Under the pieces are notes generated by a model that ran no database searches, was not told the origin of the DNA, and worked only from the letters and a program-made list of their open reading frames with translations. Below, piece after piece: positions 16,936 to 25,726 of a stretch of DNA of 34,225 nucleotides. The translations under genes and the position numbers were made by a program. The first letter of the stretch is position 1; the number at the start of each line of letters is the position of its first letter. The DNA comes from Gaiellaceae bacterium (GTDB taxonomy: Bacteria; Actinomycetota; Thermoleophilia; Gaiellales; Gaiellaceae), in assembly GCA_035640195.1 (NCBI GenBank), contig DASQWP010000322.1:1-34225 (forward strand), in the 5' to 3' direction.

Positions 16936-17508
16936 CTACGACGCTCCTTCCGGCAGGTCGCCCAGGGCTCGTCGAAGCGCGGCCCGCGCCCGGTTCAGCC
17001 GGGAGGCGACCGTCCCCTCGGGGATCTCGAGGACGCTTGCCGCCTCCCGGTAGTCGAAGCCCTGGGCGTCGACCAGGAGCACGGCGGCGCGATCCTCGGC
17101 CGGCAGCGCGGCGAGCGCCTCCACGAGATCGGCCCGGCGTGGCACCACCTCGGCCGGCTCGTTGCGCGGGCCCGCCTCGGCGAAGTCCTCCTCCAGTGGC
17201 AGCTGCACGACGCGACGGGAGCGCTCGAGCTCGTCGAGGCAGGCGTTGTACGCGATCCGGTAGAGCCACGTGCCGAGCTTGGACTCGCCTCGGAAGCGCG
17301 GCAGAGCCCGGAACGCCTTCACATAGGCCTCCTGGAGGGCGTCGTCCATGCGGTCGCGATCGCCGAGCAGGCGGTACGCGAGCGCGCGCAAACCGGGGTC
17401 GTAGTGGTGGATCACGGCGGCGAAAGCCTCCTGGTCGCCGCGCTGAGCCCGTGCGAGGACGGCGGAGCCGACCTCCACACCCGGGCTTGGCGCGGTCAGG
17501 GTGGTCAT
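16936..17508 (-). CDS. ECF-type RNA polymerase sigma factor
   Basis: This is the 3' 573 nt of track ORF 16936..18189, starting at ATG 17508. Region 2 reads DDALQEAYVKAFRALPRF...TWLYRIAYNACLDELER. Region 4 reads LPAEDRAAVLLVDAQGFDYREAASVLEIPEGTVASRLNRAR. Confidence 0.9.
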   Translation of the reverse strand: MTTLTAPSPGVEVGSAVLARAQRGDQEAFAAVIHHYDPGLRALAYRLLGDRDRMDDALQEAYVKAFRALPRFRGESKLGTWLYRIAYNACLDELERSRRVVQLPLEEDFAEAGPRNEPAEVVPRRADLVEALAALPAEDRAAVLLVDAQGFDYREAASVLEIPEGTVASRLNRARAALRRALGDLPEGAS

Positions 17509-17542
17509 GTCCCTCTTAGGACGGAGGCGAGGCCGGATTCCT

Positions 17543-18478
17543 TCAGGCCCCCGGCGTAAGCCGAACCGGGATCCGCACCTCGTGCGGGTAGGTCCCGGTG
17601 CCGGCCGCATCGTCGTCGTGGACGACGAGCGTGCCGTCCTGCTCCTCGTCGACTTCGTACGCGAGCGAGACCGCGAAGGTGCCGCGGCAGCCGGTGCCGC
17701 AGGTCGCCGTCGTGAACGTGCTGGCGATCTCCTGCCCGGAGGCGTCGAGCACCTCGACGGAGACGTTCGCCTCGAACACGTTCGCGCTGCCGCGGATCGC
17801 GACCGGGTTGCCGACGGTCTGCCCGAGTGCGGGGCTCGTGACGAGGATGGCGGGCAGGAAGTCTCGAAAGTCGCGGGGGCGCAGCGGCTGGTCGACGACG
17901 ATGCCCTCGCCGCCGATGACGTCGACCTGCTCCCCGTCGAGGCTGAACAGCACGCTCTCGACGGAGGGGAACTGGGCCAGCGTGTAGACGACCTGCGCCA
18001 GGCGCATCTGCATCGACAGCGTGCCGCCGCCGGACTCGAACTCGGAGGTGAGGTCGACGTAGGCGATTCCCTCCTCGATGCGCAGGCCGAGCAGCTGCGT
18101 CCCCTCGGGGATCGCGCTCGAGAGGCCGTAGCCCTGCTCGAACTCGTCCGGGCCGCGGAGGAGCGCCTCGAGGGCGGCGGTGCCCACACGGGGCGTCCTC
18201 TCCTGGGAGCGGTAGGTGACGAAGAGCGTCTCGCCTTCCGCGAGCCAGACCTGGTAGGTGACGGTTCCGGACGGCTCCTCCTCGCTCTCCTCGGAGCCGG
18301 TCTCGCCCTCGCCTTGCTCCTCGGTGATCGTCTCGATGGGCTCCGTTGCGGTCTCGGTCTCCTCCTCGAGCGTAGGCACTGGGCCGGCGGGAGTTGCCTC
18401 CTCGGCCCCGCAGCCGGCGACGAGGAACCCGAGGGCGGCGGCGAGAACAGCGACGGGAACGATGAGCAAGGCCTTCAT
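17543..18478 (-). CDS. lipoprotein with GerMN-like and Ig-like (Gmad2-like) domains, in the LpqB position after mtrB
   Basis: ATG 18478 is preceded by AAGGAG. The lipobox is LGFLVAGC. An acidic linker is followed by ...ALLRGP...GL.SAIPEGT.LLGL.IE.GIAYVDL and then a C-terminal beta-rich domain. At 311 aa it is shorter than classical LpqB. Confidence 0.7.
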   Translation of the reverse strand: MKALLIVPVAVLAAALGFLVAGCGAEEATPAGPVPTLEEETETATEPIETITEEQGEGETGSEESEEEPSGTVTYQVWLAEGETLFVTYRSQERTPRVGTAALEALLRGPDEFEQGYGLSSAIPEGTQLLGLRIEEGIAYVDLTSEFESGGGTLSMQMRLAQVVYTLAQFPSVESVLFSLDGEQVDVIGGEGIVVDQPLRPRDFRDFLPAILVTSPALGQTVGNPVAIRGSANVFEANVSVEVLDASGQEIASTFTTATCGTGCRGTFAVSLAYEVDEEQDGTLVVHDDDAAGTGTYPHEVRIPVRLTPGA

Positions 18479-18506
18479 GACGTGTCTCCTTCTGGACCGG
18501 TGCACG

Positions 18507-19934
18507 TCAAGCCTGCCGGTCGCGCGAAACAGGCCCCTCACCGCCCTGTAACGGTTCCGTCACGGGCAGCCGGAGCGTGAAGCGCGTGCCGGAGCCGAGC
18601 TCGCTCCAGACGTCGATGTCGCCGCCCAGGAGGCGCGCGTTCTCGAGCGCGATCGCGAGCCCGAGGCCGCTTCCCGGTCCCGTGCGCGAGGGATCGGCCT
18701 TGTAGAAGCGGTCGAAGAGGTGCGGGAGGTCGGCCGGCGCGATCCCACGGCCCTGGTCGGCGACCTCGACGAAGGCGCCGACTCCGTCGCGGCCGACGCG
18801 CACGGAGACGTCTCGCCCGCCGTGCTCGAGCGCGTTGCCGATCAGGTTGGCCACGATTCGCTCGAGCCGGCGCGGGTCGCTCGTCGTGACGACCTCCTCC
18901 GTCTCGAGCCGCACGCGCCGGTCCCAGCCGCGCGCCCGTACGGCGGCGCCCACGAGCGAGCCCAGGTCGACCGCTTCCGGCCGGACGGCCTGAGTGCCCG
19001 CGTCGAGCCGGGAGATCTCCATCAGGTCCTCGACCAGGTCGCGCAGGCGGGCCACGTCGTCCACGAGGAGCTCGGCCGGCCGGCGCGCCTCGGGCGGCAT
19101 TCGCGCGAGGTGCTCGGAGAGGAGCGAGGCCGCGTTCACGATCGCGGTGAGCGGCGTTCGCAACTCGTGGGCGACGTCCGCCGTGAAGCGCCGCTCCCGG
19201 GCCTGCGCCTCGGAGAGAGCCGCGATCTTCGCCTGGAGCGCATCCGCCATCTCGTTGAAGGAGGCGGCCCACGCGCCGAACTCGTCCTCCCGCTCGACGG
19301 GCAAGCGGGTGGCGAGGAGGCCTTCGGCCAGAGAGCGGGCGGCGTCGCTCGCCCTCGCGACGGGTGCGAGCGTCCGGCGGGCCAGCAAGGTGCCGACCAG
19401 GCCTGCCACGAGGAGGACCGCGGCCAGGCCGACGAGGAGGACCGTGCGCAGGTCGGCGAGGTCGTCCCGGATGTCCTCCTCGGCGAAGAAGAAGTAGGCC
19501 TCCGCCTCCGTGTCGGGGAGGCGCCCGCCGACGACCAGGTAGCGGGTGTCGCCCACCTCGGTGCGCTCGTAGGCGACCTGGTTCGCGGTCACGATCCGGC
19601 GGACGCCTGGTGGAACCTGCGCGGTGCCCACGGAGAGGCTCGAGGGGAAGTCCCGCCCGCGTGCGACGAGGACCGTGTCGAACCCTCCACGGCGCTCGTA
19701 CGCGTCGAGCACGGCTCTCGGGCCCTCGTCGGGCAGGAGCTCCGCGCCCACGACGAGGTTGAGCCGCGCCTGCTCGAGCGAGCGGTCGAGCGAGTCGTCG
19801 AGCCGCGCCTGGCGCACGAGGAAGTAGGAGCCGGCCGCGAGCGCGGCGGCCGAGATCCCCGCGACGAGCACGAAGGCGAGCGTCAGCCGGCGCCGCAGGC
19901 GCCCGGGCTGGACGGTGTCGCGGCGCTCGCTCAC
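18507..19934 (-). CDS. mtrB: MtrB-like sensor histidine kinase
   Basis: Two TM segments, a HAMP-like linker, the H-box FTADVAHELRTPLTAI, an N box (IGNALEHG) and G boxes (DQGRGI, GSGLGLAI). GTG start at 19934, 9 nt after the mtrA stop. Confidence 0.85.
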   Translation of the reverse strand: MSERRDTVQPGRLRRRLTLAFVLVAGISAAALAAGSYFLVRQARLDDSLDRSLEQARLNLVVGAELLPDEGPRAVLDAYERRGGFDTVLVARGRDFPSSLSVGTAQVPPGVRRIVTANQVAYERTEVGDTRYLVVGGRLPDTEAEAYFFFAEEDIRDDLADLRTVLLVGLAAVLLVAGLVGTLLARRTLAPVARASDAARSLAEGLLATRLPVEREDEFGAWAASFNEMADALQAKIAALSEAQARERRFTADVAHELRTPLTAIVNAASLLSEHLARMPPEARRPAELLVDDVARLRDLVEDLMEISRLDAGTQAVRPEAVDLGSLVGAAVRARGWDRRVRLETEEVVTTSDPRRLERIVANLIGNALEHGGRDVSVRVGRDGVGAFVEVADQGRGIAPADLPHLFDRFYKADPSRTGPGSGLGLAIALENARLLGGDIDVWSELGSGTRFTLRLPVTEPLQGGEGPVSRDRQA

Positions 19935-19943
19935 CGGCCAGAG

Positions 19944-20624
19944 TCACTCGCGCTCGAAGCGGTACCCGACACCTCGCACCGTCGTGATCCGCTTCGGAGC
20001 CCTCGGGTCGTCCTCGATCTTGGCCCGGAGGCGCTGCACGGCCACGTCCACGAGACGGGAGTCGCCGAGGAACTCGTAGTTCCAGACGCGCTCGAGCAGG
20101 AGATCGCGCGTGAAGACCTGGCCCGGGCGGCGGGCCAGCTCGAGGAGGAGCTTGAACTCGGTCGCCGTCAGCTGGAGGTCTTCCCCGCCCTTGCGCGCGC
20201 GGAAGCCGGCCGGATCGATCTCGAGGTCGTCCACGGAGATCACCGGGTCGGCCGGGACGTCCGCGGCCCGGCGGAGCGCCGCCCGCGCCCGCGCGACGAG
20301 CTCGGCCATCTCGAAGGGCTTCGTGACGTAGTCGTCCGCGCCCAGCTCGAGTCCGACCACGACGTCGACCGTGTCGCTCTTCGCCGAGAGCACCACGATC
20401 GGGACGCGGCTCTCCTTGCGGATCTCGCGACACACCTCGTAGCCGTCGAGCGTCGGCAGCATGAGGTCGAGGACGATCAGGTCGAACGGCTCCTGGCGGA
20501 AGTGGAGCAACGCCGTACGGCCGTCGCCCGCCGCGGTCACGCGAAAGCCCGCGTTGCGCAGGCCCAGCTCGGTGATCTCCCGGATGGAGGGATCGTCCTC
20601 GACGAGGAGCACGCGTTCGTCCAT
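19944..20624 (-). CDS. mtrA: MtrA-like OmpR-family response regulator
   Basis: Closely resembles MtrA as I recall it: VLDLMLP, SAKSDTVDVVVGLELGADDY, QVFTRDLLLERVW, VAVQRLRAKIE, TVRGVGY. Confidence 0.9.
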   Translation of the reverse strand: MDERVLLVEDDPSIREITELGLRNAGFRVTAAGDGRTALLHFRQEPFDLIVLDLMLPTLDGYEVCREIRKESRVPIVVLSAKSDTVDVVVGLELGADDYVTKPFEMAELVARARAALRRAADVPADPVISVDDLEIDPAGFRARKGGEDLQLTATEFKLLLELARRPGQVFTRDLLLERVWNYEFLGDSRLVDVAVQRLRAKIEDDPRAPKRITTVRGVGYRFERE

Positions 20625-20626
20625 CG

Positions 20627-21814
20627 CTATCGCACGAGCCGTGGCTGGACGCCGTGGATGCGGGCGCGCCGGAAGGCTCGGCCGAGGACGCCGTGTGCGC
20701 CGAGCTTGAGGCGGAGGATGCCGGTGCGCTCAGTGCCCGGCGAGTGCGCCGCGAACACGAAGTTGCCGAGGCTCCACGCGACGAGGCGCTTGCGCGTCTG
20801 CTCGATCGGCTGGAGCACGTGCGGATGGGAGCCGAGCACGACATGAGCGCCTGCGTCGAGCGCGATCTGTGCGAGCGAGCGCTGGCGGAGATTCGGGCTG
20901 GTCGCGCGCTCGATGCCCCAGTGGAAGTAGGCGACGACGACGTCGGCCCGCCGACGTGCGGCGCGGATGTCCGCGCGGAGGTACTCGGGAAAGGCGGGAG
21001 TGGCGCCCGGCGTGTCCGTGCCCGCGTCGAAGCCGAGAGGGCGCACGTCGGAGAACCCGAGGAAGGCCACGCGGAGGTTCCCGCGCACGAGGACCTTAGG
21101 CCGGCGGGCCCGGCGGAGGTCGGCGCCGCCGCCGACGGCCGCGAGCCCGAACCGCCGTGCGTGGCGAATGGTGTCCCGGAAGGCGGTGCGGCCGAAGTCG
21201 AGCGAGTGGTTGTTCGCGAGCGAGACGACGTCCAGCCCGGCGAACGAGGCCGCGGCCCGGAGTGCGTAGGGAGGCCCGCGGAACGTGTACTGCTTCCCAG
21301 GCCAGGGAGCGCCACGGGTGGAGACGGCGCCCTCGAGGTTGGCGACGGCGAGGTCGGCGCTCCGCAGAACGGGCGCGACCGAGTGCCAGGGATACCGGGC
21401 GCCGTGCGCCCGGATGGCGGTGAGGACGCCGTCGCCGAAGGTCACGTCGCCGACGGCGGCGAGCCGGAGGGGCCGAACACGGAGAGTGCCGAGCTTCACC
21501 CGCGTTCCCGCCGCGGCCACGGCGACGGGGTAGCGGCCGACCCGCCGCGGGACGCGGAGGCGAAAGCGGAAGCGGCCCCTCTCGTCGGCGGTGCGGGCCC
21601 GGACCCTGTTGCCGATCGAGAGCCGAACCCGTGTCTTCGGATTCGTGCGGCCCTGGACGCGGAGACGGGCGCCCGGCGCGGTCCAGGGCGGAAGCTCGGT
21701 CGCCAGGGTGACGGTGGGCTCGGCGCCGGCGCTTCGGGGAACGAGGGTCGTCCACGCGGCCACGACGGCGAGCGTGCACGCGGCGACGAGGGCGAGGTGG
21801 CGCTTCGAGGGCAT
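20627..21814 (-). CDS. CapA/PGA_cap family metallophosphatase-like protein, secreted
   Basis: Has a signal peptide, then AAVGDVTFG, VANLEG, VVSLANNHSLDFG, VVVAYFHWG and HVVLGSHPHVLQ. Confidence 0.85.
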   Translation of the reverse strand: MPSKRHLALVAACTLAVVAAWTTLVPRSAGAEPTVTLATELPPWTAPGARLRVQGRTNPKTRVRLSIGNRVRARTADERGRFRFRLRVPRRVGRYPVAVAAAGTRVKLGTLRVRPLRLAAVGDVTFGDGVLTAIRAHGARYPWHSVAPVLRSADLAVANLEGAVSTRGAPWPGKQYTFRGPPYALRAAASFAGLDVVSLANNHSLDFGRTAFRDTIRHARRFGLAAVGGGADLRRARRPKVLVRGNLRVAFLGFSDVRPLGFDAGTDTPGATPAFPEYLRADIRAARRRADVVVAYFHWGIERATSPNLRQRSLAQIALDAGAHVVLGSHPHVLQPIEQTRKRLVAWSLGNFVFAAHSPGTERTGILRLKLGAHGVLGRAFRRARIHGVQPRLVR

Positions 21815-21893
21815 GCTGCGACCCCGGTTCCTTTAGCCCGCGGCGCCGAAAGTCCTTGCTCTCATGGCCGGAATGTGACAGACGCCGCCTTGC

Positions 21894-21899
21894 TAGCCT
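21894..21899 (+). promoter_or_regulatory. putative -10 box TAGCCT, 6 nt before the ATG at 21906
   Basis: A TANNNT hexamer in the 91-nt divergent region between capA and mrp. Confidence 0.35.
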
Positions 21900-21905
21900 A
21901 GGTCC

Positions 21906-23015
21906 ATGCCCCCTTCTCACGAGGAGATCACGAAGGCGCTCGAGGGCGTGATCGACCCCGAGCTCAAGCGCTCCGTCGTCGAGCTCGACATGGTGCGCGA
22001 CCTGCACGTCGAGGGCGGACGGGTCGCCCTCACGATCGCGCTCACGGTGCCGGGCTGCCCGCTGCGGGCGAGCTTCCAGGAGCAGGTCGACGGCGCGCTC
22101 CTTCCGCTCGAGGGCGTCGACGAGGTCGTCCTCGACTTCGGCGTCATGACGCCCGAGGAGAAGACCGCTCTGACGACCAAGTTGCGCGGCGGCGTGGCCG
22201 AGCGCACGCCGGGCGTCTCGATCGACGCGAGGACCCGCGTGCTCGCGGTGGCGAGCGGCAAGGGAGGGGTGGGCAAGTCGTCCCTGACGGCGAACCTGGC
22301 GGCGGCCTTCTCCCGCCTCGGCCACCGGACGGGCGTGCTCGACGCCGACGTGTACGGCTACTCCATCCCGCACATGCTGGGGATCCACCAGCGGCCCATC
22401 TCGGTCGAGGGGATGATCGTCCCGCCTGTGCGCGGCGACCTCAAGGTCATGTCCATCGGCTTCTTCCTCGACGAGAACACGCCGGTGATGTGGCGCGGGC
22501 CGATGCTGCACCGGGCGCTCGAGCAGTTCCTCTCGGACGTGCACTGGGGCGAGCTGGACACGCTCGTCGTGGACATGCCTCCGGGTACGGGTGACGTCGC
22601 CATCTCGCTCGGCCAGCTTCTACCGCGGGCCGAGGCGCTCGTCGTGACGACGCCGCACGCCGCCGCTCAGCAGGTTGCGGTGCGCGCCGCGCAGATGGCG
22701 CGCAAGACGAACATGCGCCTCCTCGGAATCGTCGAGAACATGTCCTACCTCGCTCGCGAGGACGGCGGCCGCGAAGAGCTGTTCGGCTCCGGCGGCGGCG
22801 AGTCGCTCGCCCGCGAGGTCGACGCGCCGCTTCTCGCCTCGATTCCGTTCGACCCGCGGCTGGGAGCGCTGGCCGACAGGGGTGAGCCGATCGTGCTCGT
22901 CGAGCCCGAGGCGGAGGTCTCGAACGCGATCCTCGAGCTCGCGGAGGCCATCTCCGCGGCCCGGCGCGAGCAGGGCGTGGGGATCGTCAAGTCGCTTCCG
23001 CTCGTCTCGGCGTAA
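21906..23015 (+). CDS. mrp: Mrp/NBP35/ApbC-type Fe-S cluster carrier ATPase with N-terminal DUF59/MIP18 domain
   Basis: Contains VIDPELKRSVVELDMV and the deviant Walker A VASGKGGVGKSS, followed by DMPPGTGD. It ends with TAA. Confidence 0.9.
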   Translation: MPPSHEEITKALEGVIDPELKRSVVELDMVRDLHVEGGRVALTIALTVPGCPLRASFQEQVDGALLPLEGVDEVVLDFGVMTPEEKTALTTKLRGGVAERTPGVSIDARTRVLAVASGKGGVGKSSLTANLAAAFSRLGHRTGVLDADVYGYSIPHMLGIHQRPISVEGMIVPPVRGDLKVMSIGFFLDENTPVMWRGPMLHRALEQFLSDVHWGELDTLVVDMPPGTGDVAISLGQLLPRAEALVVTTPHAAAQQVAVRAAQMARKTNMRLLGIVENMSYLAREDGGREELFGSGGGESLAREVDAPLLASIPFDPRLGALADRGEPIVLVEPEAEVSNAILELAEAISAARREQGVGIVKSLPLVSA

Positions 23016-23018
23016 GAT

Positions 23019-23759
23019 CTGAGCCGGGACGAGGTCAGCGGCCGCCTCGAGGCGCTGGGGTTCGCCCCGCGCGAGGCGGGGATCCTCGCCGACCATTTCC
23101 TCGACGCCGAGGCGCGCGGCCGCGAGGGCCACGGCCTCTCGCGGATCGACTGGCTGGCCGGCCTTCCGGGCCTCGACCCGGGTGCGCATCCCGAGCGGGT
23201 GTCCGCGGAGGAGGGGTACGAGCGCTGGGAAGGCCGGGGCGCGCTCGGCTATCTGACGCTGGCCGCGATCGTGGAGGCGCAGCTCGCGTCCCCGCCCGCG
23301 CACGCGCGCGTCGTCGTGGCGGGCGACTGCTTCCCCACCGGCGTGCTGGGCTACTGGGTGCGGCGCCTGGCTGAGGGCGAGCTCGCCGCGGTCCTGACGG
23401 CGACGTCGCCGCCGCGGCTCGCCCATCCCGAGGGCGGAGCGGCGCTCGCCGGCACCAACCCGCTCGCAATCGCCGTCCCGAGCTCGGACGGACGGCCGCT
23501 CGTCGCGGACGTCTCCATGGGGAAGGTGACGCACGGGGACGTCCTCGTCGGCAAGGCGGCTCCCGAGGATCTCGTTCCCTTCGGCGGCGAGCAGGCGCAC
23601 AAGGCCTTCGCGCTCGCGCTCGGCCTCCAGCTCTTCGTGGACGCGCTCACGGGCGGCGAGGGGTACGGGGCGGTCCTCGTCGTCGCCCGGCCTGAGGCCG
23701 ACCCTCTGCCGACGCTGCGGGCTCGCGCGGGCGGGCTGCATCTGCCGGGCGACCGCTAG
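23019..23759 (+). CDS. compact Ldh_2 (malate/L-lactate dehydrogenase type 2) family oxidoreductase; 5' end unresolved
   Basis: Track ORF 23199..23759 (GTG). Another 60 in-frame codons upstream (23019-23198) read LSRDEVSGRLEALGFAPREAGILADHFLDAEARGREGHGLSRIDW, which is the conserved N-terminal Ldh_2 region with high GC3. The only start-like codon there is CTG 23019. GTNPLAIAVP lies downstream. Confidence 0.65.
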   Translation: MSRDEVSGRLEALGFAPREAGILADHFLDAEARGREGHGLSRIDWLAGLPGLDPGAHPERVSAEEGYERWEGRGALGYLTLAAIVEAQLASPPAHARVVVAGDCFPTGVLGYWVRRLAEGELAAVLTATSPPRLAHPEGGAALAGTNPLAIAVPSSDGRPLVADVSMGKVTHGDVLVGKAAPEDLVPFGGEQAHKAFALALGLQLFVDALTGGEGYGAVLVVARPEADPLPTLRARAGGLHLPGDR

Positions 23760-23805
23760 CGCGGCGGAGTCCTCGCAGCCGCCGAGCACCGTTACGATCC
23801 GCCCT

Positions 23806-24582
23806 CTGGGCCGACTCTCCCGACAGTACCGGCGCGCGCTCCGCAAGATTGGCCGCAGGCTCGTCCCCTCTGACGGGGCCGCTTCCCACAGGGCGCCGAC
23901 GATCGCCCAGGGCTGGGAGACGTACGCGCGGCGGCGGCGCACGGAGCGGCGGCTCGGGGACGAATGGAACGACCCCCGTGCTCTCGGCATCGACGTCGGC
24001 AGCTCGGAGGAGATCGTCCCCTACCTCGACCGGGTCGTCTTCGGCCCCTTCCTCGGGGCCTGTGACGTCATCCTGGAGATCGGCCCCGGCGCGGGGCGCT
24101 TCACCGAGGTCCTCCTGCCCAGATGCAACCGGCTGCTCGCGGTCGACACGTCGAAGACCATGCTCGAGCTCCTGCGGGAGCGGTTCCCGGACGACGAGCG
24201 CATCGAATACCACCACAGCCGCGGCCGCGGCTTCGAGGGCGTGCCGGACGCGTCGGTCGACGCCGCGTTCTCCTACGGCGTCTTCGTCCACCTCCAGCAC
24301 TGGGACATCTTCAACTACCTGCTCGAGCTGAGCCGCGTCCTGCGGCCGGGCGGAAAGGGCGTGATCCAGCACTCGAACACGCTCTCCGAGCTCGGCTGGG
24401 CCGTCTTTCGCAAGGAGGTGCCGCAACAGCTCAACCGACACAAGCTGCCCTACACGTTCATCGTCAACACGCCCGAGCTCATGCGCGAGCTCGTCACGCG
24501 GGCGGGGCTCGAGTGCGTCGAGACGCTCACGGAGGTCGTGCGCCGCGACTGCATCACGCTGCTTCGCAAGCCCGCTCCCTGA
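23806..24582 (+). CDS. class I SAM-dependent methyltransferase; 5' end unresolved
   Basis: Track ORF 24160..24582 (ATG). SAM motif I (DVILEIGPGAGRFT) and post-I (LLAVDTS) lie in frame upstream at 24064-24153. There is no ATG/GTG/TTG in that frame back to the previous stop. CTG 23806 is a guess; the alternatives are ATC 23797, ATT 23848 and ATC 23902. Confidence 0.65.
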   Translation: MGRLSRQYRRALRKIGRRLVPSDGAASHRAPTIAQGWETYARRRRTERRLGDEWNDPRALGIDVGSSEEIVPYLDRVVFGPFLGACDVILEIGPGAGRFTEVLLPRCNRLLAVDTSKTMLELLRERFPDDERIEYHHSRGRGFEGVPDASVDAAFSYGVFVHLQHWDIFNYLLELSRVLRPGGKGVIQHSNTLSELGWAVFRKEVPQQLNRHKLPYTFIVNTPELMRELVTRAGLECVETLTEVVRRDCITLLRKPAP

Positions 24583-24600
24583 GGCGCGGGTGGGCCGGCG

Positions 24601-25452
24601 TCAGCCGCGCTTTCGGAGCTCGGCGAGGACGACCGGGTCGATCCGGTCGGCGCCGCGGACCCGTTCCTCCAGGTTCTCGACGCCCGCCCACGTCGTGAAG
24701 GCCTCCTCGAGCGAGTCCTGCCCGTAGCCCAGGCCGGCCAGGCGCTCGCGGAGCTCGCCGGCGAGCGCGTCGTCGACCGTGAGCCACTCCTCCTCCGGCG
24801 TCCGCCCGAAGAGCAGGTCGTGGATCCCGTAGAGGCGGCGGAGCTCCTCGATCGGCGCCGTGTGGTCGTCAACGCGCAGGTCGACGAGAACGTCGCTGGA
24901 GGCGCCGTAGCCCGAGTCCCTCTTGACCACGAGGAGCGCAGCCGACTGCTGGCCGCGGCGGTCGCCGCCGGCGAGCTGGGCGGCCGCGAGCGCCTCCAGG
25001 AGGCGCTCCGCGAGCGGTTGCCCGGCCGTCGACTCATAGGTCTGTGCCAGTGCATCCACCGTCTCCTCGGAGACCAAGATGTTCCCCTGGGCGGCATAGC
25101 CGTCGCCGGTGACGCCGCCGGCCCATTCCAGGCAGGCCGAGCCCGTGTACGTCGCCGCCCCGCCGTGGGCGTCGACGACGCCGACCTGGCGGTGCTCCCG
25201 CTCCTCGTCGGCTTCCGTCACGCGCGCGATCGTCTCCTCCGCCGACAGGCCCTCCCGGAGGAGCTCGAGCCCCTGCGGCCCGTAGCTCACGTTGGCGAGC
25301 GCCTGCGTCGCCACCGCGCCGACCTCGGGGGCGGCCCAGGGGACGACGGCGCCCACGGCGGGGAACTTCGACTGCACGGCGACGCCCCACTCGCGGGCCT
25401 CGAGGTCGCAGGCGACGAGGGAGTACGTGGCCCAGCGCGGGCCACTAGCCAT
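24601..25452 (-). CDS. DUF1028 family (Ntn-hydrolase-like) protein
   Basis: Contains ATYSLVACD...WGVAVQSKFPAVGAVVPWA..EVGAVATQA...YGPQGLELL and RQVGVVD.HG. The C-terminal about 70 aa resemble the usual DUF1028 tail. Confidence 0.75.
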   Translation of the reverse strand: MASGPRWATYSLVACDLEAREWGVAVQSKFPAVGAVVPWAAPEVGAVATQALANVSYGPQGLELLREGLSAEETIARVTEADEEREHRQVGVVDAHGGAATYTGSACLEWAGGVTGDGYAAQGNILVSEETVDALAQTYESTAGQPLAERLLEALAAAQLAGGDRRGQQSAALLVVKRDSGYGASSDVLVDLRVDDHTAPIEELRRLYGIHDLLFGRTPEEEWLTVDDALAGELRERLAGLGYGQDSLEEAFTTWAGVENLEERVRGADRIDPVVLAELRKRG

Positions 25453-25726
25453 ACGTGATGCGCCGCAGGTCGAGCTCGCGGAGCTCCCGCCGCTCTGCCG
25501 GCACGAGCACGCACGCCACCTCGGGGCGCGCGAGCGCCTGCGCCACTCCCTCCTCGTCGTTCGCGCGCACCACCACCGGCGTCCCCTGGTCGTGCGCCTC
25601 CCGCAGCCGCGCGACGTCGTTCACGTCGTCCAGGACGAGCGCCTCGTCGAGCGAAACCTCGTCCTCCCCCTCGACGGCGATCTCGGGCACGCGCCGCCCC
25701 GTCGCCCCGAACCAGCGCTCTCTCAC
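25445..25726 (-). CDS. hypothetical 93-aa protein
   Basis: This is the 3' part of track ORF 25445..26320. GTG 25726 overlaps the upstream TGA (GTGA), and its own stop overlaps the DUF1028 ATG by 8 nt. I recognise no motif. The call rests on the coupling geometry and GC3. Confidence 0.4.
   Translation of the reverse strand: MRERWFGATGRRVPEIAVEGEDEVSLDEALVLDDVNDVARLREAHDQGTPVVVRANDEEGVAQALARPEVACVLVPAERRELRELDLRRITYG

Noticed and set aside
18538-21315. A 925-aa minus-strand ORF and a 708-aa plus-strand ORF (18720..20846) cover the mtrB/mtrA/capA region.
   Set aside because: Their Arg/Pro/Gly-rich low-complexity translations are typical of off-frame and antisense reading in high-GC DNA. They overlap genes with clear family motifs.
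24583-24600. A possible bidirectional terminator between the convergent methyltransferase and DUF1028 genes (GCGCGG…CCGCGC).
   Set aside because: It has only a 6-bp stem, a loop of about 15 nt and no T/A tract. That is too weak to call.
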